Below are positions 19,665-29,313 of a DNA stretch of 64,000 bases, piece by piece. Below the pieces are notes generated by a model, which was given only the letters and a program-made list of their open reading frames with translations, was not told the DNA's origin and made no database searches. The DNA comes from Planctomycetota bacterium (GTDB lineage: Bacteria > Planctomycetota > UBA11346). Location of the stretch: positions 1-64,000 of the forward strand of contig JBBQSO010000010.1 of NCBI GenBank assembly GCA_038213805.1, in the 5' to 3' direction. The translations under genes were made by a program, and so were the position numbers. Position 1 is the stretch's first letter; every line of letters starts with the position of its first letter.

Positions 19665-20845
19665 GGTGCCGCCCCGGCCACCGCGGCGGTCCCGGCGAGC
19701 TCGCCGAGGGCCGCCATCAGGCGGCGCGTCGAGCTGCGGATCTCATAGCGGTCGGCGAAGCAGCGACGTGCCGCCGCGCCCATCGCCTGGCGCTCCGCCC
19801 CGGACAGCGCGTACCAGCGCGCGAGCTGGGACTGCGTCCCGGGCAGGTCGTCGTGCGCCACCAGTCCGGCGCCATCACTCACCACCTCGCGCCAGATGTT
19901 GATGCGGTCCGAGATCAGCACCGGCAGGCCGCAGGCCAGGGCCTCGGCCACCGCCACGCCGAAGTTCTCCTGGTGGCTGGGCAGGGCGAAGGCCTCGCAG
20001 GCGCGGAAGGCACCCCACTTCTCATGGCCCTGCAGCATGCCCGTCCAGATCACGCGCGCGCCCACGCCACGCGCCGCGGCGAGGCGCTCGAGGTCCGCCC
20101 GCCAGCCCTGCTGGTCCGGGCCGACCATGACCAAGCGCAGATCGTCGCGTCCACGACCGGCCGCGGCGAACGCCTCGATGAGTAGGTCGCAGCCCTTCTT
20201 GGTCTGGATGCGTCCCAGGAACAGCAGGTTGCGCGTCCCGGCCAGCTGCGGGAAGCGCCTGAGGAAGTGCGCGCGCTGGATTTCCGCGTCCTCGGGCGGG
20301 GCGGCCGTGCCCAGGCCCACCACCCGCTCGGTCGCGCGGTAGAAGGGGAAGGTGTCGCGCGCGAGCAGGCGCTCCTCCTCGGCGGTGAAGAGCAGAGCCG
20401 CGGCATCGCGCACGTTGGCGCGCTCGCTGGTCAGCCAATAGGCCAGCTTTTTCATGTGCTTGCCGGGATGGCTGCGCCGGAACCATGGATCGAGCATCCC
20501 ATGCGGGAAGATGGCATAGGGCCGGCCCAGGCGCCGGGCAGCGCGGCGCACCGCGGTGCCATTGTACTGCCACAGCCCATGGGCGACGAGCATATCGGCC
20601 GCTGGCGCATGCGCGAGCAGCCACGGCCACAGCGCCGGGGCATACCCGTAGGAGCCCGCGCGCGGTGGCCCGCAGCCCTGCACCGGCAGGGGATAGTCCT
20701 TCAGCCAGGGCGCGGACGGGTCGTCGAGGCAGGCGATGGCCACATCGTGGCCATCGGCCATCGCCGCCAGGCTCATCTGGCGGATGCACTCCGCGGGTCC
20801 GCCAACCGCGGGATCGAGCGAATGGGTGACGTGCAGCAGCTTCAT
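19661..20845 (-). CDS. GT4 glycosyltransferase
   Basis: HGLWQY, PHGMLDPWF, FLGRIQTKKG and PSHQENFGVAVAEALACG. Confidence 0.9.
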   Translation of the reverse strand: MKLLHVTHSLDPAVGGPAECIRQMSLAAMADGHDVAIACLDDPSAPWLKDYPLPVQGCGPPRAGSYGYAPALWPWLLAHAPAADMLVAHGLWQYNGTAVRRAARRLGRPYAIFPHGMLDPWFRRSHPGKHMKKLAYWLTSERANVRDAAALLFTAEEERLLARDTFPFYRATERVVGLGTAAPPEDAEIQRAHFLRRFPQLAGTRNLLFLGRIQTKKGCDLLIEAFAAAGRGRDDLRLVMVGPDQQGWRADLERLAAARGVGARVIWTGMLQGHEKWGAFRACEAFALPSHQENFGVAVAEALACGLPVLISDRINIWREVVSDGAGLVAHDDLPGTQSQLARWYALSGAERQAMGAAARRCFADRYEIRSSTRRLMAALGELAGTAAVAGAAP

Positions 20846-21017
20846 CCGTTGTCCGGCAGGCGGCGAGGCGGGGTCGAGGCACGAAGGAGATGAAGCGGAG
20901 CGGCTGCCGCCGACATTTCAACCACGAGCATGGGCGGGTGGCGCGACGCCGGCCGATATGTCCGCCCGGCGCCACGCAGGGCTGGCGTGCCCGGACGGCG
21001 GGCAGCATCATTGCGTT

Positions 21018-22139
21018 TCACGGCTGGACCTCGCGGTACTGGCGCTCGTACCCGTCGAGCATGGCGGTGGTGCTGAAACGCGCGGCATTAGCCAAGCCCA
21101 GGTGGCGCAGCTCCGCCAGCCGCTCCAGATTGGCAGCGATTGCCGCGGCGGCGGCCGGGGGATCGCATGGGTCAAGCTGGACCGCGGCCTCGCCCCCGAC
21201 CTCGGTCAGGGGCGGACGCGCCGACAGGAACACCACGCAGCCCGCGGCCTGGGCCTCGACGATCGGCCAGCCGAAGCCCTCGGCAAGGGAAGGGAAGAGC
21301 AGGCCGAGGGCGCCAGAATAGAGCGCATTGAGCTGGTCGTTTCCAACCTCTCCGAGCTCGTCGACGCGCCCAGTCAGGCCACATTCTCCGACCAGCGCCC
21401 GCAGGCCGGCGTCGAGGCGCTGCCCGGCGAACACCAGGCGCAACCCGGCGACCGCGCCTCGCGCGTCCAGCGCGCCGGCGATGCGGATGACGCCGGCGCG
21501 GTTCTTGTACCAGGCGTTGCTGCCGATGTGGAACAGGTAAGGGACGCCCGGCGCGGGGGCGCCGGGCAGGCCGGCGAGGCACCTGGCGACCTCCGCTGCG
21601 GTGAACGGACGGTAGGGGTGGTTGGGGCCGTTGGGCACCACCGCCAAGCGCGCCGCAGGCACTGCGAGCACGCGTTCGACATCGGCGCGCGTGGCCTGCG
21701 AGATGCAGGCGATGCGCTGCGCCCGCATCAGGCCGCGCGCCACCCAGGCCTGCAGGCGCCGGCCCGTCCAGCGCACCGGGTTCTCGGGGATCTCGCCCAG
21801 CGCCGAACGCACCGCGAGCAGGTCGTGACAGGTGACCAGGTGCGGCCGGCCGGCGAGCTGCGCGCAGTACATCGCATTCGAGTGATCGCAGATGTGCACC
21901 ACCTCGGCGCGCGCCGCCGCCGCACGCAACTGATGCGGAAAGGCCGCGAACTTGTCCCAGTAGCCCAACCACTTGCCCAGTCCCGACGGCCCCGGGCGCA
22001 GGCGGCCGAGGCGCGGCGGTGGCAGCAGCAGCGTGACCTCATGGCCGCGACCGGCGAGTCCGGCGTGCAGCGCACCGGCGAAGCGCTGCATGCTCTGGTG
22101 ACGGTCAGGAGCGTAGTTGCCCACCAGCAGGACGCGCAT
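21018..22139 (-). CDS. GT4 glycosyltransferase
   Basis: TCHDL, WYKNR and FPSLAEGFGWPIVEAQAAG. Confidence 0.9.
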   Translation of the reverse strand: MRVLLVGNYAPDRHQSMQRFAGALHAGLAGRGHEVTLLLPPPRLGRLRPGPSGLGKWLGYWDKFAAFPHQLRAAAARAEVVHICDHSNAMYCAQLAGRPHLVTCHDLLAVRSALGEIPENPVRWTGRRLQAWVARGLMRAQRIACISQATRADVERVLAVPAARLAVVPNGPNHPYRPFTAAEVARCLAGLPGAPAPGVPYLFHIGSNAWYKNRAGVIRIAGALDARGAVAGLRLVFAGQRLDAGLRALVGECGLTGRVDELGEVGNDQLNALYSGALGLLFPSLAEGFGWPIVEAQAAGCVVFLSARPPLTEVGGEAAVQLDPCDPPAAAAAIAANLERLAELRHLGLANAARFSTTAMLDGYERQYREVQP

Positions 22140-23521
22140 CAGCCGGCCCCTCGCGGCGCTGGCGCGGCCCCTGGCACGGGCGAGGCTGCTGAAGATGGCT
22201 GCGGCGCGGGTGCGCTGGTGGCGAGCGCGGCGATGGTCAGGCCGGTGCAGATCCAGCCGTAGCCGTTAATGGTGCCCTGGTTGACGAGCAGGCCGTTGAA
22301 CAGGTGCGGCGCGGTGGTCGACCACAAGAGCAGGGGCAGCGAATCCTCGTTGCGGCGCACGCACTGCAGGCCGGCGATCAGCATCCAGCCGAGCAGCCCC
22401 CAGCGGAAGGCCACGTAGACCAGCCCAGGGACCATGCCGAGATCGACCAGGATGCGTTCGATCTCGCTCTCGGGATTGGATGGCAGGACCACCCCCGAGG
22501 CCTGACCGGCGCCGCTGGTGGCGCCGATGCCGGCGCCCAGCGTCGGCACCCAGTCCATGCGCGCCGCGCCCGGGCCGACCAGCGTCAGCATGCGCGTCAC
22601 GAAGTCCTCGCCGCCGCGCGTGGCACCGGCCTGCCGGTCGATCAGCGCGGTGATGCCGTCCGCGAAGAACAGCGCCACGAAGCCGCCGAGCAAGGCCAGC
22701 AGCACGGGCACGCCGATGAGCACGTCGAGGCGCTGGCGCCCGGCCGGTTTGCAGAGCTCGGCGCCGACGAAGGCCAGCACGGTGATCGCCGCCATCACGA
22801 AGGCGGTGCGGCTGCCGCTGATCGCCAGGCAGGCGGCGAACGCCAGGGCGGTGGCGACGAAGGCCGGCAGGGACATCAGCGGCCGGTTCAGTTGGCGGTA
22901 GTAGGCTGCGCACAGGCACGCCGTGCCCATGCCGATGAAGCAGGCCATCCCAGCGGTGAAGGTGAAGGTGCCGGTGGTGCGCACCACGCCCTCGGCGACG
23001 GTGAAGACCTCGCCGCCGGAGTAGCTGGCGTTGATGAAGGCGCTGGGTGGCGAGACATGCTGCACCGCGGTCAAAACGGCCATCGGAATGCACGACCAGA
23101 GCGTCCAGCGCACCACACCGTAGAGGTCCTCGCGCCGCATCACCGCCGCCACCACTACCGCGAAGGCCGCGTAGAACACGTAGCTGCGTAAGCCGATGAG
23201 CGCCGCCTGGGCTGGGAAGCCGTTCGCCACCATCTGGTAGCCCGCGAGGAAGATCAAGGCCAGCGCGAGCGCGCCGACTATGGCGAAGAGCCGGCCGAAC
23301 GGCACCAGGCGCGCGCGCAACGCGAGCAGCATGGCGAGCAGTGCGAAGGGGTCGCGGATGAAGAACAGCGCCTGCTGCGCGCCGGGCAGCGCCCACTTGC
23401 GCAGCGCGCCCTCGACCACCAGCAGCCAGTAGACGATCACCACCAGGCGCACCACCTGCCCTCGCAGGCGCTCGCGCGTGACCTGCGCTGGATCAGCGAG
23501 CATGGTGGCGGTCCCGCTCAT
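22139..23521 (-). CDS. Polytopic membrane protein, probable Wzy polymerase
   Basis: About 10-12 TMs with EGALRKW, R..GTF and SGSRT motifs. Embedded among the GTs of the EPS cluster. Confidence 0.65.
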   Translation of the reverse strand: MSGTATMLADPAQVTRERLRGQVVRLVVIVYWLLVVEGALRKWALPGAQQALFFIRDPFALLAMLLALRARLVPFGRLFAIVGALALALIFLAGYQMVANGFPAQAALIGLRSYVFYAAFAVVVAAVMRREDLYGVVRWTLWSCIPMAVLTAVQHVSPPSAFINASYSGGEVFTVAEGVVRTTGTFTFTAGMACFIGMGTACLCAAYYRQLNRPLMSLPAFVATALAFAACLAISGSRTAFVMAAITVLAFVGAELCKPAGRQRLDVLIGVPVLLALLGGFVALFFADGITALIDRQAGATRGGEDFVTRMLTLVGPGAARMDWVPTLGAGIGATSGAGQASGVVLPSNPESEIERILVDLGMVPGLVYVAFRWGLLGWMLIAGLQCVRRNEDSLPLLLWSTTAPHLFNGLLVNQGTINGYGWICTGLTIAALATSAPAPQPSSAASPVPGAAPAPRGAG

Positions 23522-24759
23522 GCGCGACGCGCCCCGCTGGCGATGGCGAGCACGCCCGCACGGTAGCGCTCCCAGGTGAGCTGCGCGACGCGCGCCTGCG
23601 CGCGCCGGCCCATGGCCTCGACGCGCGCGCGATCGCGCACCAGCAGCGCGAGGCGCTCGACGATGGCCGCGTGGTCGCGGATGGGCACGATGAAGCCGTC
23701 CTCACCGTCGGTGATCAGGTCGGGCCCGGCGGTGTTGGGCGTGGTGATCACCACCAGGCCCTGGGACATCGCCTCGCTGATCACCATGCCGAAGCCGTCG
23801 TGCAGCGAGGGCAGCACCAGGACCTCGTGGGCGCGCATCTCGGCGAGGACTTCGCCATGCGGCAGCGAGGGCAGCCAGCGGTGCGCGACGAGCGCACGGT
23901 CGAGCGCAGGGCAGGCCACCGGGCGGCTGCCGATCACCGTCAGCGCGACCGCACGCGGCAGCGCCGCGGCGGCGGCGAACAGGAAGCTGATGCCCTTGCG
24001 CTGGGTCAGGCTGCCGACCGACAGGGCGCGCAGCGGCCCGGAGCGCTCCCAGGCCCGCTCGCCGGCAGCGGGCGGCGCGCCGTAGGGCACCACATGGATC
24101 GGGGCGGTGATACCGGGGGCTGCGGCCAGGGTGCGGCGCGTGTAGCTCGAAGCCGCGATGATGGTGGTGGCGAGGCGCAGCTCCTCGTCCTTGCCGGCGT
24201 TCTTGGCGGCGCTGTCCTGGTTGCCGATCAGGGTCGGCGCCCACTCCGGGCGCTCGGCCTCCTCGACGGCGATCAGCGCGGCGAACTCGCGCCAGTGCGC
24301 CGAGGGCAGGTCATAGATGCGGCGCAGGCCGAGTTCGGCGGCGGCGCGGAAGGTGGCGAGCGCGATGTCTTCGTAGGCGTATACGCCGGTCACGCCACCG
24401 CGCGCGGCGAGCCGTCGCAGCCGCCGCGCGAAGGCGCCGTCGAGGTCGCGGTTGATCGCGTCGAGGGAGAACATCCCGGCCTCGTGGCGCAGCGGACGCC
24501 GCCAGCCGAGCCCGCCTGCGACCAGCCGGCCGAGTTCGCGCCACGGGCGCGTGCGCGTGCACGCGAGCAACGCCGGCGACAACGCGCGGCGCTGGCACTG
24601 GCGCAACAGCGCGGGCGGCAGCACGCGGTTCAGCCACGACTCCGGGTTCCAGGCCAGGGTGATCCAGAACTCGGCGAGCAGACCGCCCTCAAGCAGCGCC
24701 TGCGCGGCGGCGCGGACGTTGGCATTGCCGACCGTGTGGCTCATCGCCAGGCGGGTCAT
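23518..24759 (-). CDS. GT4 glycosyltransferase
   Basis: VGSLTQRKG and LPSLHDGFGMVISEAMSQG. Start at MTRLAM with ATGA overlap. Confidence 0.88.
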   Translation of the reverse strand: MTRLAMSHTVGNANVRAAAQALLEGGLLAEFWITLAWNPESWLNRVLPPALLRQCQRRALSPALLACTRTRPWRELGRLVAGGLGWRRPLRHEAGMFSLDAINRDLDGAFARRLRRLAARGGVTGVYAYEDIALATFRAAAELGLRRIYDLPSAHWREFAALIAVEEAERPEWAPTLIGNQDSAAKNAGKDEELRLATTIIAASSYTRRTLAAAPGITAPIHVVPYGAPPAAGERAWERSGPLRALSVGSLTQRKGISFLFAAAAALPRAVALTVIGSRPVACPALDRALVAHRWLPSLPHGEVLAEMRAHEVLVLPSLHDGFGMVISEAMSQGLVVITTPNTAGPDLITDGEDGFIVPIRDHAAIVERLALLVRDRARVEAMGRRAQARVAQLTWERYRAGVLAIASGARRA

Positions 24760-25946
24760 GGCGGCCCGTCCGGCAGCACTGCGGCGATGGCCTGGCGCAA
24801 GCCAGCGAGATCGGCGGCGAAATCCCACGCGCCGACCCGCCGGTACGCGGCTTCGCCCATGGCGCGGGTGCGCGCCGGATCGGCGATCGCCTCGCGCAGG
24901 CAGGTGCTGAGCGCCGGCACGTCGCCGGTCCGGAACACCCAGCCGGTCTCGCCATGACGCACCAGATCGGGCGCGGAGCCGACCTGATCGCCAGCGATCA
25001 CCGGCCGGCGGCAGTTCATCACCTCGTTGACCACCAGCCCCCACGGCTCGAATTCCGAGGGCAGTACGAACACGTCGCACAGATCATAAAAAGCCGGCAG
25101 CTCGGTCTGGTTGCGAAAGCCCAGGAACTTGACCGTGTCCCAGCCGCTCGCCCTGGCCTCGGCCGCGATCGCGGCGCGGTCGCCGCCATCGCCGATGAAC
25201 AGCAGATAGGCGTTCGGCGCGCCGTGGTCGGTGGCCAGGGCACGGTAGGCGCGCCACAGATCACCGGCGCGCTTGCGCCCCTGGAACTTCGAGGCGAAGA
25301 GGATCACCGGTACGCCCGGCTTGAGGCCCAGCGACGCGCGGAAGGCCTCGCGACCCGGAGCCGCGGCCGCGGCGCGCGCGCGGAAGAAGGCGTTGTCGAC
25401 CGCGTAGGGCACGAGGTGGATGCGCTCCTCGGGCACGCCGTAGTGGCGGTAGTAGTCGGCGTTCGCCGCGCCGATCGCCAGGAAGCCGTCGATTCTCGCG
25501 AACAGCGCGCGCAGCACCGCCTCCTTGACCAGCTTCTTGATCCGCCCGCGCGGATGGCTGGCGAGATTCGACTCGCAGCGCAGCAGCACCGGGATGCCCA
25601 GATCGCGCGCCGCGGCCAGGGCGCGCAGGTTGGCGAGCTGGGCGTACCCGTGCAGCCACAGCACGTCGATGCGCCCGGCGAGCTGATGGCGCAGGTCGCC
25701 GTGCAGCGGGTTGAGGAAGGAGACCTCGCCACCGCCGAGGAAGCGCGGCACGAAGCGCGACTTGTAGCCTTCGAGCAGTGGCACGTCCCAGCGCACCGCC
25801 ACGCCGAAGCCCTGATCGACATAGCTGCGCAGCGAGAAGTCGCTGAGGAAGAGCGCGGTCAGATCGAGCCCGCCGTGCGCGACCAGGTGGCGCAGCAGCG
25901 GCGCCTGGTACTGGATCGGATGGGAGACGAGGTAGCCGATGCGCAT
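24756..25946 (-). CDS. GT4 glycosyltransferase
   Basis: Starts MRIGYLVSHPIQYQAPL; also YAVDN and LPSEFEPWGLVVNEVM. Confidence 0.9.
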   Translation of the reverse strand: MRIGYLVSHPIQYQAPLLRHLVAHGGLDLTALFLSDFSLRSYVDQGFGVAVRWDVPLLEGYKSRFVPRFLGGGEVSFLNPLHGDLRHQLAGRIDVLWLHGYAQLANLRALAAARDLGIPVLLRCESNLASHPRGRIKKLVKEAVLRALFARIDGFLAIGAANADYYRHYGVPEERIHLVPYAVDNAFFRARAAAAAPGREAFRASLGLKPGVPVILFASKFQGRKRAGDLWRAYRALATDHGAPNAYLLFIGDGGDRAAIAAEARASGWDTVKFLGFRNQTELPAFYDLCDVFVLPSEFEPWGLVVNEVMNCRRPVIAGDQVGSAPDLVRHGETGWVFRTGDVPALSTCLREAIADPARTRAMGEAAYRRVGAWDFAADLAGLRQAIAAVLPDGPP

Positions 25947-25963
25947 GGGGACTCGCTGGATGA

Positions 25964-27061
25964 TCAGGGGGCCGGCGGCGCCGGGGGCGGGACGCCGCGC
26001 AGCAGGGCGGCGAAACAGCGCGCTTGCCAGGCCAGGGAGCGGCAGCGCGAGGCATCGCGCATGCGTGCGGCGAGCCCAGGCCCATCGCCGGCGCGCGTGG
26101 CGATGGTCGCACTGCTGATCATCGGCACGTCCGCGTCGGCGACGCCGCGCCCGGCCGCGTCCGCACGGGTCTGCACCGGCACCACGCCATGGCTGGCGTA
26201 CGCGGCGAAGATGCCGGACTTCTCCAGGCCCCACAGCTCGTAATCGATCGCGCCCCAGCGCACGCGCAGCAGCAGAGCACCGACCGCCGCGGCGGGCAAC
26301 GCGCCGTGGCGGTGCACCGGCACCCCCGCGAGCCGCTCCGGCATGTCCTGCGGACGCGGCCCGATGTCGTGGATGGCGGTCACGCCGAGCGCGCGGCAGG
26401 CGGTCGCCAGGAACGGGCTGCGGTAGGCGCGGCTGCGTCCGCCGGGGCCGCCGAACACCACCAGCTCCGCCTCGCGTGCGAGGAAGGACGGCACCACCTC
26501 GGGATCGCCGATGTTGGAGAACACCGGCAGGCGCGGGATCTCCGCCCCGCGTCCGGTCCAGCGCGCCAGACAGCCGTGGTGATGGATGGTGTTGGTCGCG
26601 CACGCGTGGCTGAGCCCGGCGGCGCGCACCGCCAGGCGCTGCTGGATGCCGCGCAGCCAGAACGGACTGCCCCAGGGCGGCGAGTCCGCATAGAGCTCGT
26701 GGAACATCGTCACCAGACGCAGCCGCGGGTGCCGCGTGCGCAGCTGCGCGAGCGCGCCGACCAGCCAGTAGGGGCAGCCGCGCTTCTGGTAGGCGTAGTT
26801 GACCCAGTGCAGGATCATCCCGGTCTCGCCGCCACCCTCGCCGACCAGCCCTGCGACCGCCGCCAGGAAGGCCGCGGCGTCGTGACGGGGCAGCACCGCC
26901 ACCGGTGACGGCGAATCCACGCCCGGCCGCCAGGCCGCGTCGGTGACCAGCCAGGCCTCTGCGAAGCCGAGCCCGGCGAGCGCGCCGCCAAGGCGACGCG
27001 CGTAATCGCCGAGGCCGTTGACCGCCGGCGGCAGCTGGGGGATGACTTGCACCACGCGCAT
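25964..27061 (-). CDS. Atypical GT-B glycosyltransferase
   Basis: GLGDYARRL, YAYQKRG, TMFHEL, PVFSNIG and KSGIFAAYASHG. Cluster context. Confidence 0.7.
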   Translation of the reverse strand: MRVVQVIPQLPPAVNGLGDYARRLGGALAGLGFAEAWLVTDAAWRPGVDSPSPVAVLPRHDAAAFLAAVAGLVGEGGGETGMILHWVNYAYQKRGCPYWLVGALAQLRTRHPRLRLVTMFHELYADSPPWGSPFWLRGIQQRLAVRAAGLSHACATNTIHHHGCLARWTGRGAEIPRLPVFSNIGDPEVVPSFLAREAELVVFGGPGGRSRAYRSPFLATACRALGVTAIHDIGPRPQDMPERLAGVPVHRHGALPAAAVGALLLRVRWGAIDYELWGLEKSGIFAAYASHGVVPVQTRADAAGRGVADADVPMISSATIATRAGDGPGLAARMRDASRCRSLAWQARCFAALLRGVPPPAPPAP

Positions 27062-27106
27062 CAGCGCCCCACTCCGGGCCAGGCCATGCCGTGCGCCGCC
27101 ATCGCC

Positions 27107-28045
27107 TCAAGCCCGTCGGTAGAAGCGCCCGAGGAGCCCACCCACGCCCAGGCAGAAGCGCCGCCAGCGGGAGGCCGCCCCGCCGTACAGTGCAAGCGGC
27201 GCGTCCACGTGCCGCCAGTACTGCTTGTCAGCGGCGGTCGGCGGTTGTCCGCCCAGGGCGTGACGGATGAAGGGCTTGTCCCACGGCTTGGGACGGCCCT
27301 GCGCGTGCGACATCAGGTAGCCACCAGGCGCGAAATCCATGGCGTCCTGACCGGCGATGCTGAGTGGGAAGCGCGTCTGGTCCATGGTCGCGTTGAGCGC
27401 GTCCTGATCGCCCTGGTGGAAGAGGAAGGTGCGCGACTTGGGGATGAAATTGCCGAGCCCGCCCATCGCCGGACCCATCAGTTCCTGGACGCGCATCCAC
27501 TCGTCGAGGAATGGCCGGCAGGCGACCGGCACGCCGAGGAAGCCGGAATTCACGTACACCGCGAGGGTGGTGTTCCAGGTCATGCCGTGCGCGCCGAAGT
27601 AGCGCCGCCAAGCGAGGCGTAGGGGATGGTGCGCGCCGCACTCGGCGTTGACGTCGGCGCACAGCGCGACGTGGTCGCGCGCCCACTCCTCGAAGAACGT
27701 CCACTCGCCCTTGAGCACGATGTCGGGATCGAAGTAGAAGATGCGCTCGACGCCCGTGCCCGCTGCAGCGTCGAGCAGCTGGGCCATGAACTGCGGTTTG
27801 TAGTTGGCGAAGTGATTGGCGGTGGCCAGGGCGGTGAACACCACGGTCAGCGGCCCGACGCGGTAGGTGCTGACCCCGGAGGCGGCCGCGGGCAGCGGCG
27901 CGCACTGCCCGATCCAATAGGGCAGCGCGCCACGGTAGCCGACGTGCACGATGCCGGTGAAGCCGGCGGCGACCAGTGAATTGATCAAAGCACCGACGCC
28001 GCGATCGTAGCGCTTCTCGTAGAGCGTGCAGATGATGCTGCTCAT
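27107..28045 (-). CDS. Putative GT-A (GT8-like) glycosyltransferase
   Basis: ALINSL, FYFDPDIV (DxD), YVNSGF, GDQDALN and H..G..KPW, a GT8-like motif order. Confidence 0.65.
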   Translation of the reverse strand: MSSIICTLYEKRYDRGVGALINSLVAAGFTGIVHVGYRGALPYWIGQCAPLPAAASGVSTYRVGPLTVVFTALATANHFANYKPQFMAQLLDAAAGTGVERIFYFDPDIVLKGEWTFFEEWARDHVALCADVNAECGAHHPLRLAWRRYFGAHGMTWNTTLAVYVNSGFLGVPVACRPFLDEWMRVQELMGPAMGGLGNFIPKSRTFLFHQGDQDALNATMDQTRFPLSIAGQDAMDFAPGGYLMSHAQGRPKPWDKPFIRHALGGQPPTAADKQYWRHVDAPLALYGGAASRWRRFCLGVGGLLGRFYRRA

Positions 28046-28112
28046 GGTGATGGCGATCGCGGTACGCGGCGCGGGCGTGGTGCGGCGTGCGGGCCGGAGG
28101 TGGCGCGGCGGC

Positions 28113-29039
28113 TCAGAAACGCCCTTCGGGCACGAAGATGGTGTCGCCCGGGGCCAGGGGCGGGTCCTCGGCTTTGTTGACACCGCCGAGGATGCCGCGC
28201 ACATCGACGATCGCCACGGTCTTGCCGTCGCGCACCACCTGCACCTGGTCCTGACGCGCGTACAGGTCGAAGCCCCCGGCCAGGGTGATGGCTTTTGAAA
28301 CGGTGAGCTGACCCTCGGCGGGCAGACGCTGCGCGCCGGCGGTCTTGACCCGCCCGACCACGTAGACGCGGTCCTGGCGCGGCACCATGATGATGTCGCC
28401 CGGCTCCAGCAGCACGTCCTTGCCCAGCGACTCCTGGGTGTCGCCGCTGGGGATGGGCAGCGCGCGCTTCAGCCCGGGATGCGCGGGATCGTCACGGATC
28501 ACCTGGGCGGAGCGGCGGTTGGCGTCCTCGGTGAAACCACCGGCCTTGCCGATCACCTGCAAGGCGAGTGTCTCGGCAAAGGGATTGAGCGGGACCGCAT
28601 CCTGGCGCAGCACCGCACCCATTACGTACACCAGGCGCGGACCGTACTCGACCACCGTGACCGTGGTCGCGGCCTTGCGCAGGTAGCCGTCTTCGAGACG
28701 CGTCTGGATTTCTTTGGCGATCTGCTCGGGCGCTCGGCCGATGGCCGCGACTGCACCGATCAGCGGCATCGCGATGGTGCCCTCGGCGCCGATGCGCGCG
28801 CTGGTGGTAAGGTCGGGATTGTCGAAGACCTCGATACGCAGCTGGTCGCCGGCGATGAGCAGCGAGACGCGGCCGGCCGATGTGGGCGGCGCCGGCGGCT
28901 CGACCGCGGCCGCCCACAGCGTCGACCCAAGGAGCGCGCACGCGGCCGGTGGGCCGACCCTGCGGCAGGCCGCCAGTGCCCGTAGCAAGACCGCCGTGCA
29001 GAGCCGGGCCGACTTCATCGCAATGATCGGAATGAGCAT
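28113..29039 (-). CDS. wza: Polysaccharide export protein Wza/OPX with SLBB domains
   Basis: GDQLRIEVF..PDL, GTIAMPLIG, AGGF x2, LEPGDIIMVP and PGDTIFVP. Exact start uncertain. Confidence 0.88.
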   Translation of the reverse strand: MLIPIIAMKSARLCTAVLLRALAACRRVGPPAACALLGSTLWAAAVEPPAPPTSAGRVSLLIAGDQLRIEVFDNPDLTTSARIGAEGTIAMPLIGAVAAIGRAPEQIAKEIQTRLEDGYLRKAATTVTVVEYGPRLVYVMGAVLRQDAVPLNPFAETLALQVIGKAGGFTEDANRRSAQVIRDDPAHPGLKRALPIPSGDTQESLGKDVLLEPGDIIMVPRQDRVYVVGRVKTAGAQRLPAEGQLTVSKAITLAGGFDLYARQDQVQVVRDGKTVAIVDVRGILGGVNKAEDPPLAPGDTIFVPEGRF

Positions 29040-29313
29040 GGCGTCCGACGTTCATAGATTTGGTCCCACTCTTTGCAAGCCAGGAATGCCACAGCCCAGC
29101 GGTGCACGGAAAGCACGCTGGCGACGCGCATTGCGTTTGCATTCGCCGCTCGCGCGGCGATCGTCGCAAGACGTCCAGGTAGCTGCCGCTGCCAGCGCTT
29201 TCCCGCGCAAACGCAGCCGCTGTGGACACATGTCATCGCCCCCCTTCCCGCCTTCACACCCGCTGCTCTTCCGCCCTTCCGCCCTTCCCCCCTTCAGCCA
29301 CTACCCCCCAGCC